Origin: Catajapyx aquilonaris | Lineage: Eukaryota | NCBI GenBank assembly: GCA_000934665.2 | Contig: JYFJ02001299.1 | Location: 1 to 64,000, forward strand | Direction of reading: 5' to 3' | Length of the DNA: 64,000 bases | In this document: one piece after another, positions 1 through 11,900 of the stretch | Layout of the letters: each line of letters begins with the position of its first letter | How positions within the stretch are numbered: position 1 is the first letter of the stretch | Position numbers and translations under genes: made by a program | Notes under the pieces: generated by a model | Databases searched by the model: none | What the model was told of the DNA's origin: nothing | Seen by the model: the letters and a program-made list of their open reading frames with translations, nothing else

Positions 1-469
1 ACGTTCCAATTCGCTAACTCAATTCGTAATGTCTGTGGAGGTTAATTTTTATGCTTCGGTCTCTATAGCAATCAGTTGCGCGAGGCATTTGTTGATAGGA
101 GTTGCGTGGCAATTAGAAAATAAAGTTAATTTAATTTAATTGATTTTTTATTTAATTTCTTATTTAATTTTTTACTTGGCTGTGAGATGAAATAGGCTAA
201 TTTGCATAGAGGTTAGGGGGATAAGTTGGTGCAGTACGGAGGTATGTTCAAAACTTGAAGTCTCTGTGTGCAAGGATAAGGCCTGTAGAGCTCGGCACAA
301 AATCGTCCCAACGAGTCGGAAAAATTAATTGTTGGAAAACTACCTGACGATCTTACTTATAGGGACTATCGTCCCTACAATGGACATTTATTCGTGTACA
401 GTACCGTATCGTTCACAGTTTCCTCTCAACCTGGCAACATTTCCAATAATCCGTCTGGCACCCCTGATC

Positions 470-481
470 CAAGATGGCGGC
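470..481 (+). promoter_or_regulatory. YY1/Pleiohomeotic-type motif CAAGATGGCGGC near the probable Mpv17l2 transcription start
   Basis: Exact match to the AAGATGGCGGC consensus about 80 nt upstream of the ATG; the TSS itself is not known. Confidence 0.4.
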
Positions 482-553
482 GCTCACCAACATTGTGAAA
501 TTTGCAGTATTTTGATTGTACTTTCGCGTTTTTCTTTGGATTGGTAAAGGAGG

Positions 554-1534
554 ATGAGGCAGATACTTCGGAGTCTCTTTGGTCGGTACCTGTTCGTGAC
601 CAACACGGTCAGCTGCGGGGGTCTGCTGGCCACCGGGGACGCCATTCAGCAGAACTTTGAGAGGTTGAGGGGAGCCAGGAAGGCAGCAGGATATGATTGG
701 AATAGGACTGGTGCTGCACACATTTTATGGCACTACACAGTTTGATGCATGGGATACACACAGCATTTAATATCTGTCATGTTTTCCTATATCGCAGGGA
801 GGATGTTCCTCGTTGGGCTTAGTCAAGGTCCACCCCATCACTGGTGGTACATGTGGTTGGATCGTAGGTTACCTGGAAAATCGACGATGGTCATAACTAA
901 GAAGATATTGCTGGACCAAATAGTGGCGGCACCTTTCTTTGCTGTCACCTTCTTTCTCGGGATGGGGCTTCTCGAAAGAAAGATGCTTAAAGAGGCCATG
1001 TCGGAATTCAAGGAGAAGTTTCCTGCCGTATATGTTGTGAGCCTCACTTATCTCATACCCCTTCCCGGATTAAAGTGCATTATAAAACGTACCAATAAAA
1101 AGTAATGGGCAGAAATGCCTCTCACAATCAAATTGCATGATGCAATAATCCTACTTGTTTGTACCGTTTTGGTTGCGATGAGTCTGAAGATACTGTATGC
1201 CCAAATAGCATGACTAGAATGTTTTGCTTTACGTTTCTCAGCAAGCTAGTGCGAGCGGTTACTTACTCTTTTCCATTTTTCAGTTTGATTGGATTATTTG
1301 GCCTCCGACGCAGTACCTCAACTTTTATTTAGTGCCGGCCCGCTACAGGGTCATGTACATTAATTTTGTCACCGTTATTTGGGATGTCTTCTTGTCCTTC
1401 ATCAAGCATAAGGTAGGTATAATTGTTGGTTAATTATTGTACGCAATTTTACATTGTACAAACTTTGACAGGATCAAATACCAGTGGAGACTATTCCTGA
1501 AAGAGAGTCTTTACCTTCAGAAGAACAGGAATAA
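554..1534 (+). CDS. Mpv17l2: Mpv17/PMP22-family membrane protein (MPV17-like protein 2-like), 195 aa; exons 554-710, 798-1036, 1284-1412, 1472-1534
   Basis: Spliced translation gives family hallmarks: TNTVSCGGLLATGDAIQQ, YDWNRTGRMFLVG, GPPHHWWYMWLDR, KKILLDQIVAAP, DWIIWPPTQYLNFYLVPARYRVMYINFVTVIWDVFLSFIKH. Introns are GT-AG with matching phases; the exon-1 donor GTGCTG is weak. Exon total 588 nt including TAA. Confidence 0.88.
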
Positions 1535-1538
1535 ACTG

Positions 1539-1636
1539 GTGAGTTCTTAACATTAGTAATTATGAAGAAGATCAGATTTCAAATGTGCCTGAAAGTACCT
1601 AGAATGCGTACCATCAACTAGTTATGATTTTTTCAG
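1539..1636 (+). other. Probable 3'-UTR intron of Mpv17l2
   Basis: Consensus donor G|GTGAGT 4 nt after the TAA stop; acceptor TTTTTTCAG ending at 1636. Confidence 0.5.
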
Positions 1637-1990
1637 ATCATGTTACACTGTTATGAAACTGAAGTGATTTACAATTGGTAATGAAAGATTGATGCGACTT
1701 ACCCGCAACATGTCAGCAGGAGACAATATATTTTGATGCTTTAAATAAGGGCAACAGGCCCACTTTATACAGAAGTCATTTTCTTTTCGAGTGTTACGTG
1801 CCATTTTGTCATGATCTGTTTTTTTTCTATCTGAAATTTTACGACCAATGAATGAAACACATGCCAACAAAATCCAAATTTGCTTTTTATTAAAGTTTTC
1901 CATTTGTCCTATCCACACGTTTATGTACATCCTTTTCACAGCAGCTACACGTTTCCGCAGGCTGGAAGTCACACCCATTGGAAAGTGCTA

Positions 1991-1996
1991 AATAAA
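1991..1996 (+). terminator. Candidate poly(A) signal of Mpv17l2
   Basis: AATAAA followed by a T/CT-rich tract. Confidence 0.4.
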
Positions 1997-2664
1997 TTTT
2001 TCTCTCTCTTCCATCTGGTTTAAAAAAATGGGGATAAAAAATGCTATACTTTGTGAAGTACATGTTGCATGGTGATTTTATTTACAAAGTGAAAAGAGTA
2101 TTTTTTAATTATATATTTTTTTGCAGTCTTTCCCAAGGATGAATGTTGACCTTTCCTTTCCGCAGCAGAACGTGTAACTTATTGTCAGCCAACAAACATT
2201 TTTTTTCTGGATCAAAAAATCTAGTAGACTATAGAATAATATTGGATTGATCGGAGGGGCGTGGGTTCTGCAAATTTAATTCTGAAAATGCAGTAGGTTC
2301 TACTTGTAACGGACTTGATATATTTTTTTTACGTGGCCCGTTACAAGCAGAATCTGCTGCTGGAGACATGTACACAAGATCTGGAGAAATCAAATTGCAA
2401 GCATGTTGAAGGCACATGCAAACATTGTTTTTTTTTTTTAAGAATTTTTCTTTTTAGTTAACCATATAACATGACTGACGACTCAGTCGTCAACAGCACC
2501 TTTATTATGGGGTAAGGGAGATTTTGTTATTAATTTTTTTATATTTATAAAAAAGGGAAGGGGGGAAAAAAAGAAATTGACAAAATGACTTGATCTACCT
2601 CCATCTGTGTTCCCTGTTATGGTTTGGCAGCATGTGTCCCTGACGGGAGACCATGGGCAGCTGT

Positions 2665-2980
2665 TCAGACGGCGATGGAGTAATCCTGATTGCCCCTGGA
2701 AGAAGGTTTGTACCAGACTGGAACCCTGTGTCCTGCTTTGATCTTGTGGAGAGTGTCGATGTCACACTCAGCCTCACTCAGTTCATGTGGGTCGGATGAC
2801 GCCTCCCCTCCCCCGCCGCCTCCTCCTCCTCCGCCATTGGAGCCGCCCCCGTACCGGTCAAAGTGCTTGGGGCAGGCCGCAGACGCAACCGCAAAGGACG
2901 TCTCTGCCAGGCTGTTGCGGGACTTCTTTCCCAGGCCCTTCAGAGGCTGGTGCGGACTCACGCCCCACTTGTTGCTGCTG
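2665..2980 (-). CDS. Dscam2: Dscam terminal exon with poly-Gly tract and C-terminal PDZ-type motif
   Basis: ...NSLAETSF...GGGGGGGGGG...ELSEAECDIDTL...NQDYSIAV-TGA. Confidence 0.82.
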
Positions 2981-5900
2981 CTGAGCGATTAGGTTCAGGG
3001 GGTGGGGGTGCAGCAGGGGGTTGGGCACAGTGTTACGCTAAGTGTTATTGGTAGTGTTGGGAAATTTTGCAATGGCGACTAGTTGGAAAACTAGTGACCA
3101 TCTACTTCCCAACACTGGTTACTCAGGCTGCATGAGGTAGGGTGAGCTTTGATCATGAACTTGCCGCACTAAGTATTTACACTTTTATGCAAATGTTGAT
3201 GTCAGTAGGTGTTTAAATGTTTAAAACAAGAAGGCAAATGAAGCCTGCAGGTGTGCAATTTACGTAAGCAGCGAAGTACAAAGAGTCATTGTTGTAGATT
3301 ATACTGGCTGATAATTCTGCTAAAATTAGTTTCCTTTACGATAAAACTTGCAATGAGAGTACATAATAACAAGGACTACTTTTGTAGCAATATCAGACCA
3401 GTTTAAATCTCTTTTTTCACATTGTCAAAGTCATCCTACCTCATTTCAGTTGAATAGTGTGGGTACAGTTCTTTACCTGGATTTACTTCTCCATGGAAGT
3501 GACCTCTGCTCGCTCAGAGGTGACAGTTCAGGAGAAGTGCTGGACTCTGCAGCGTGGTAAACGAAATCTAAAACGAGGTGTGAGGTAACGAGTGGCATAG
3601 AACCAGTTTGGAATACTGATACAATTTTCCACTTAAGAAAATGGCCTGATATTTTTGGAGATGAACATTATACGACGTGCCATTTGCACAGTGAAGACAT
3701 GGTGTATGTACTTTGTGTAACTTTGATTGCCCTTTTATAAAATAATTTCCTATTAAGTGTAGTAATTTTATGATCCCAATTTATCATGCCATGTGCCTTC
3801 TGCCACGTTAGTGAGATGATCTGAATATTGCAACCATTTTGATACGTGTTATTCAGATATCATTATAATAATTAACGGTATATTTAGCAATACCGAAATT
3901 GTGTCTAAATAGTCTCACATGTAGGTAACGGACACATGCCACGTGCACAAGTGAACTCTGCCTGTTACCATTCCGTACCTCCAGCCTCATCCCGTTGAAA
4001 TTGCAGGATATCAGAAAATAGGTCCTGCTCATCAAAAAAGGCATGTTCGTTTGTGATTTTTTTTTTAGTTATTTATAACATATATATCTTGCACTCTTTT
4101 TCAAAAGGAATCTTCAAAAGAATAAATATGGACATCCATTCCTTGTCCAGTCCTCCTATTGTTGGCAACCACCACTTGCCCATCATCATTCTCCTTACCT
4201 TTGCACTTGCTTGCTAATGAGTAGTCTTCTTTGCTCATCTGCAATTAAACACCGGTTGTTAATTAACTGAGCACAAAATATGCCTGATGTCTCGTAATAA
4301 CTCACAGATCTAGAAGGAGTGGCTCCTCCTTCAGACAGCCTCTGCTCGTGGTAGATAAAACTATGGAAGAGGCTGCCGTCCTGCGTCCGAGGCGCAGTCT
4401 CTGGCAGATGAAAGGTGGCATATGGATAAATGTCCTCTGAACTCTCTACAGGAGGAGAGAAAAAAGGAACAGAAAGAAAAGAGACAGGTAGACAGGGGTC
4501 CCAATTGTGCAGGGGTTTTTGCTCTCTCTGAGGCACATGCTTCAATTTTGATTCGTTCTTTCCAGAGGGTTTTTTTGGGGGTTTTTTTTTGGGAGGTACG
4601 GAAAGCGAAGTGGAAATCTCACCAGGGACCTTTTCCATGGGCCCCACTTCTTGTATGGGAGGTACGGCATGTTTGTGAATTGTGGCGTAAAACTGCTCTC
4701 GCTGAGCTAGAGCATTCTGTTTGTTGTCGAGGGAGGCTGCCGTTTCAGACTCCTCGAGAGGGCCTCTGTACTTTATGGGGAATTCTGCTCAAAGTAAGTG
4801 CAGCAAGTTAATTGTTTTTCCGCAGCTTGTGAGCAGTTGAGTTACTTACTGTTTCTCCAGCAGAGACACATGGCAGTAACGGTGGCAATGACAGCCAGCA
4901 TGGACACCACGATGGGGGCCATTATCTTGACATTGGCGTAGAATGGCAGCCATTGCTTGGTCCCTACTGTTACCAGTTCTGGAGGTGGCATCCCTACGTA
5001 AAGACAGCAGGTTGGTAGTCTTATGATTAATTTCAATTTGCATATTTTTGCAATAGACACTGAATGTAGTATTAAAATTAAAATGGCGTACCTCCTTCCT
5101 TTGTAAGCGTGATGAAGTCATATTCCGCCGTTTTCAACCCTGCATGATTGTATGCGGTTACCCTCAGTTTGTACGCAGTTGCTGATTCTAGGTCAGTTAT
5201 AGTATATTGGCGCAATGGCTTCACATCATTGGCAACTGGAATTAAAAATTGCACACTTTAGCTAGTGGGGCATGTTAAAGTGCAGCGAGACATACCGAGA
5301 GTGAACGAATCTCTTATTAGTGGGCGGTACTCTATGCTGAAGTGCATGACGGGGCATCCATTGTCCTTCCAGGCAAGCAGGTGCAACACAACGGAAGTAC
5401 TGTTGGCAGTGAGGAAATGCTCCGAGGGAGGCGCGGACGGGATGTCTCCTTTGGTGCGACTGGCCATCACCTCACTTGAAGGACTGGTCCCTATTTTGTT
5501 GAGAGCCGTCAGGAAGATGTGGTATGTTGTTCCGCACTGTAGCTCCTGCAACAGCAATGCGCAATGTTGTAACAACACTATTTGCTGATATGTGAGAAAA
5601 ATTAGGCTTACTGCAAGTTCATAGCTGGTCAGATGCCGATCTATATTAATTTCTTCCCACTCTCCATTGGCCCTCTTGTAATTGAGCAAGAATCCAAGTA
5701 TGGGTGATCCTCCAGCATCACCCTGCTTCCAGTGGAGATGTATACTCTGCGTGTTTGTAGTGGTGATGTGAAGCAGTGGTGCGGACGGAGGCACCTGCAC
5801 GGTCAGTCTGTACTCTATCCGGTCTCTGCTCTGCCCATTTCCAACTTGGCAAGTGTAGTTTCCTGAATCCGATTGCTGTAAGTCTTGAAGCACTAGTCGG

Positions 5901-8900
5901 CCCGACTCCAGTAGTTCAACCCTGTTTCCAGGCTTGATCTTGATCCCTCCGTGATGCCACTCGGCAGAAGGTTGGGGTTGGCCGATAAAGTCACAAGGAA
6001 GAGTCAGCTGTGACTTCCATGGGGCTACTACATGTGTTCCGAAAGAGTAGATCTTAGCAGGTATCTGCGCTGCAGGTGTTTGTGACACCAGCTTTGAGCT
6101 CTGACCCTCTCCGATTCGGGTTGATGCTGTGACCCAGAACTGATATTGGGTGCGGGAGGTCAAATCTGTCTCTTTATAGTTGGTGTGTTGACTCAGGAGA
6201 CTACGCTTCACTGTGTGGAGCTCTTTCCCGTTGCTGAATGTCCTGCGGCAAGAATCAATATTATTAGTGGCAGATATGAGGAAGGCTCTTTAATTTTTAA
6301 AATTGCAATATCAACAATGATAGCTTCACATTTTATTGCAGCAATGAGAGAGATGCAATTGAATGTAATTTCCTACCTGACATAGAGGTTGTACTGTGTG
6401 ATTAAACCATTTGGAAACTTGGGTGGAAGCCAGCTGACAATTATTGATTGTGGTGAGCTGACCACTGCTTTCACATCTGCAGGTGGTCCTGGAACTGATG
6501 GAAAAATTGCAATTACTCAGCCTTATTGACAAATTAAAGAAACATACCATCTTCATCTGTTCTGCAGTAGACTGCTGCACTTTGAGCACCATTCCCAACC
6601 TTAGTAAATGCAGTGAGAGTTACACTGTAATTAGTGTACTTGTGTAGACTAACGAGCACCATTGTCACAGCCGTTGTCTTCTTTTCTTCAGGACGACTAT
6701 GTCCTGCAAAATGTCGTGAATGTACCGCATTGGCCTGACGTTCATACTTTTCCATACTTACCATACCACTCTTCAGATGGTTCGTACTGAATTCTGTATC
6801 CTTGGATGATTCCATTAGCATGATACATGGATGGAGGTTGCCAACTGACCTGCAGGCTGTCTGAGGTCAGGGCTGTGCATCGAACTTCCTGAGGAGCCAT
6901 GCTTGGAACTGCAATGAGCATGTAATTAGTCGGCTGTAGATGCTCGTGGTTCAAGTGCCTTACCGTCTTCAAGCGTTTGGACAACGAATGGGTCAGACAG
7001 TGGCCCAGGACCGACCTTGTTGAACGCCTGGACAACCAAGACATACTTGGTGAACTTACGCAGACCAGTCAGATGGCATTCACCTCGGAGGTCACCATCA
7101 AAATGAACAGTGGTGAAGTTGTAGCTTGAACCTGCGTTGCTGTTCCAGTGCATAGACCAAAACAAGATTTTCAGTATGTCTTTTACATAAGTACACACTA
7201 ATATTAACATTGTATTGCACATACATTTCATGCTTAAACTGTTTGTACGACAACTGGATGTGTGGTATTCACCTTTGAAGTTTGTAACCGACATAGTAAC
7301 CCAGCAGCTTCCCATTCCAGTGAGCCTTTTCTGGAGCCTGCCACATGATCCGCAACTCAGTGGAAGACAAAGACTCAGCTCGGACATTGACTGGTGGACC
7401 GCCTGGCTTCTCTGGAAGGGTCGTAACCTGCAGGGCTTCACTTGGCTGGCTCTTCCCAACAGAGTTCTCTGCGAATATTCTGAACATGTATGGCGTGGCT
7501 GGCTTCAACTGGTTGATCCCAATATCTGAGTTTTGCGATCCGGACACAATCAACTGTGGGCTGTGATCGTGCCATACATCTGACATTTCCTTGTATTGGA
7601 TGATGTACTTGGTAACCAGATTGTAGTTGTCCTGCGGATGTTGCCATTGCAGCTTGACTGAGGTACTGGTTACATCCACCATTTGGAGATGGTGAGGAGC
7701 ATCTGGAGGCTCCTGGACCCACAAGCGGAAGGCTTGCTGGTCACGTCCAAACCGGTTGGATGCCACGCACAGGTATGTATCACTGTCACTAGCTTTGGCA
7801 TCACGTACTGACAAAGTAGCCACCACACCTTTTGATGTGTCATCCAGCTTGGAAGAAACCCTGAAAATTACACAGGGTGTCATAATGGGTCAAACAAACT
7901 GATGCAGAAAACATGGGAATAAAACTTGTGAACTTCACACACAATCTGCAAATAATATAGGCTTTTAGGTTTTATGCATTTTACAATGAGAGGATTTGCC
8001 AGAAGAGCATTACGAAATGGGACAGGACATACTCATAGCCATCAAAAAATCCTCGACATTTTGAATAGAAATTACAAAAGCTCAGTGGAGAGCATAACAA
8101 TCCTGTGGGATGAAATAACACAGACATTTTCTTTTTGTTTGTGTGAGTGTGTGGTCCAGGTATTATTTTGAATTATTCATCCCAGCACATTGTGTTCCAT
8201 CTCGCAACCAGAAAAATCCCAGCATGCGTGAAAAATACTCCCATCCCTTCGAGAGAGAGAGAGAGAGAGAGAACACGAGGAAAACAGCTTCAGGGGAATC
8301 ATATATGAATATATCACATATTCGTGTTTCCCCAACCCTGCTGCGCGTCCCCCAGGTTCACCTCCAGGGAAAGCCCAACTACGAGCAAACAAAAGAGACG
8401 AATCCTCCCTCCCCCACAAAAAAAGAGAGAGACCGAAACACAATACGCCACTGGGATTATTATGATGAACATTGTATGGAGATGGATCACCTTTCGACGT
8501 GATGTAATGCAGAAGTGATTGGAGAGTCTCCCTTACGCCAGATGATGGAAATAGGCTTGTCACCCAACACCTCGCACTGAAGAGCAGCTGTGTCACCTCT
8601 CTTGACCGTCAGCGTGCGAGACGGCACCACAAAGTACGGCTTGGCTGCAACAATACACTCTCAATAATATTACAGTCGTCAAGAGGCGACAATGAACTCA
8701 CCTTCTACCATCAGTTGCACCACTTTTCCCAGCCCATTTCCGATCCCATTGTTGGCCTGGCATAGGTAATGTCCTTCATGTTCTTCTCTGGCCTGCTGGA
8801 TGAAGAGAGAGCCGTTGGAGAATATGCGCATGCCCGGTCCCTTGCTCCCCATTGGCTCATAGTTGGCATGGCTCTCTCCTGAAAAGCGGAAAATGCGCAT

Positions 8901-11900
8901 GGTCACGCACGGAAACGCATGACAAATACTGGAATCTACGCAAGGTGTTCCAACCACATTGCCTCTGCCACAATTATTTAACAGGAGTATCCTTGTAGCT
9001 TATAATAGACTGTGAACCTAGTACTATTCTTCACGCATAGATGGCGCATACTCCCTCTGCACACGCTCAAGTCGTGCGGGTGATAGGGGAACTATCAGAT
9101 CGGACAAACATCAGACGGAGATAATAAAGCGGATTAGGCTTTTCCAGCCAAGTTGGAACACCCTGTACCAATTTTTTCGAACTCGTACCGATGGCTTTCT
9201 TCCAGGTTATGACAGGTGTAGGGACACCATCTGCCTGGCAGTGAATCCAGGCTGCTCTGTTGCGTTCCACTCTTGTTTCTTGCGGTTCGGTCAACCATTG
9301 TGGTCGAACTATATATGTCACCAGAAGTGGAGGGTGGAAGGAAGAAATTGGGAATGTTAGTATATAAGGCCTGAAGCGATATCAGTTTTGTGTCCGGTAT
9401 GTTTTTTTTTGGTCAATTTAAACCCCTCATCGCTTCAAGGCAGGAGAGTTTAAGTTACGTAATTATGCCAGGGTTTTGACGTCTTAGTTATGATGATAGA
9501 TTGCCGTACGCAATATTTTATCAAGGAACGTTACTCTCCTGGGTTGTAAAGCATGATTGATGCCAAAGCTTGAGCATTAAAACTTGCGTATGAGGGGAGG
9601 TCGAAATTTGAGGTCTAAACGCAATTTTGTGGACCGTTTAAATATTACGTACCTATAAAAATGTACGATTGGACGGCCGTTTAAGGCAAAAAGGCAGCTT
9701 CAGGTTATTATTGTGCTGGGTTGATGGCATTAGGTCGTTAAATGACTTGATTTGTTGCCTTCAATCACTGGCTGCCCCGTTACATAATTATGTGAAATGT
9801 ATCGCAGATCCGATATTCTGCAACGTCATTACTTCATTTAGTCTATAAATCAAAATAATAATTATAGAAATTGTTTCGAGTCGATTTCACTAATATTTTT
9901 GTGTTCCCAATTATTGTGTTTAAAGAAATATTTCCGAAGTGTTCAAAAGGAATTAAAATTATTTGAAGAATTGAGTTTGTTACATACAATCTTCCCAATC
10001 ATTACATGACAAATCGTTACAATTATTAATAATTACAGCATTATCTTGTTCTGCTGGAATGTTCATAATAATAGAATTGCGACGCTGCAGTGTATGGACC
10101 TGCAAAATTAATAAAATAATATTTGAACGGTCCTCTTCAAAAATATTTTAACAGGAATGCAAACTTGAATAGTTATGCATATCACTTTTTAAAGGTATTA
10201 ATCTGGGACAACGAGCGCAAATTGCACTCGTAACGTTTCAGTCCTGGACTTTTTTTTCTCGTGTTGTTACAACACCAAACTTGTGTGGGGATTGCAGGTA
10301 TAGGGGGAAATGAAGGGAGGTTTTTCACTGTTGTATATATACACAATGTACGACTAAGCACGCCTATTAGAAGCGCCAAAAATACAGGCAAAAAAAATAA
10401 TTTCAGGCAGTCAGGCAATAAGGCTCCCAGGGTGAATGAACAACCAGAATAATTTAAAAAAAAAGCGAAACTGCTAAAAAACATCAGCAGCATCAGCTTT
10501 GGGAATTGTATGTAAAAAGGACAGAGGCTCACACATACAGATCAGGCGATTTCGTATTGTTGATAAGCAACAAACAAAGCATGCAGGACAACAAAGTGAT
10601 CTCGAAATAGGTGGATCAAAAAACCCAGACATCGGGGGCCAGATGCAGGAGACATTACCTTGGCAAACAAACCTCTAATCCGCTACGTGGGTTGCGGTGC
10701 TGGAAAACTATACAAAACTTATGTGAGCAACAATCCCTGAGTAATAGTCGCATCTTTACTTTTTGTAATAAGCAGATTTTGCAGTAATTAAAAGGAAAAA
10801 AATATATAGCTGAGGAATTGCTGCTCTCCTAGTTTTGAAAGGCGGCAGAGGGATAAACACAACCAACGGTTTTTGGCGGGAGTAAAAAACTTGTCCAAAA
10901 GTTTGAGCGATCAAAAAGTGGGGTGTTTGTTTCGAGTGGGCTCAATAACAGTACAGAACGACATCTGATTTGGAGGGGCTGGGGGGTAGTTAAGAGTTTG
11001 GTTTTAATGAGTAATAATAGTATAGCCAAGTAATAAGTTTATGAAGAAAAGAGGTGGTGGTGGGAGGGGTGGGTTTTTTTTCGTTAATTGTTTTTTTTTG
11101 TTTTAATTTTTTTGGGGTTTTACCTTTGACCAGGAGGATGGCCGTGTACCTCACCTCAGCCGCCGGATTGGAGGCAATGCAAGTGTACTCGCCCGAATGG
11201 GAGGAGGAAAGTCTAGTGATACTCAGCAGGCTAGAGTAAGAATCCAACATGGACACTTCCACTTGGCCAGTCCCTGGACTAAGACTGGCGCCGTCTTTGA
11301 TCCAGGAAATAGAGATAGGAAGATCTCCTTGACTCACACCACAAACAGCTCTCGTGCGCATGCCTTCATATAGTCCGTCTTGGAAGGAAAAATGCTCTAT
11401 TTTAGGAGGAACTGGAAGAGTACAATGAGGAGACCGAACATGAGAAAAGAGGTAGTAGTGAGTAGAGCCAGCAGCAGACAAAGAATGATAATAATAATAA
11501 TGATAATAATAATAAATATAACGAACCAAAATTGTATATTATAGAACAAGACAATAAGGGGAGAGAAAACGGAGAGTCACAATGAGTCTGGTGAGCCAAA
11601 AATAGTAGTAGTATAGTATAGTAGTAGTAGTAGGTTATAGGTAGTAGTAGTACCCATTCTTGTACTGTACCATTGACAAGTAACTGTTGAGTGTATGTGA
11701 CTGCAGCGGCGGCATTTTCGACAAGGCATGTGTAATTGCCATTGTGTGCAGAGGTGAGGCGAGCGACGGTAAGGATACTTGTGTACACATCGACGCGCAA
11801 GACGGAGAAAAGAGGCCCCTCCAGAACTGGCTGGCCCTCTTTCAGCCAGCTGATTTGGAGAGGCAGGTCGCCCTTAGTGACTGTACACGTCATCGTGGTG

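Noticed and set aside
2690..2992. Plus-strand poly-Pro ORF
   Set aside because: It is the antisense shadow of the poly-Gly tract in the Dscam terminal exon.
9366..9440. Short inverted repeat GCCTGAAGCGAT / ATCGCTTCAAGGC upstream of the Ig8 exon as a docking-selector structure
   Set aside because: Only about 12 bp with a bulge, purely local, and I found no complementary selector near either Ig7 exon.
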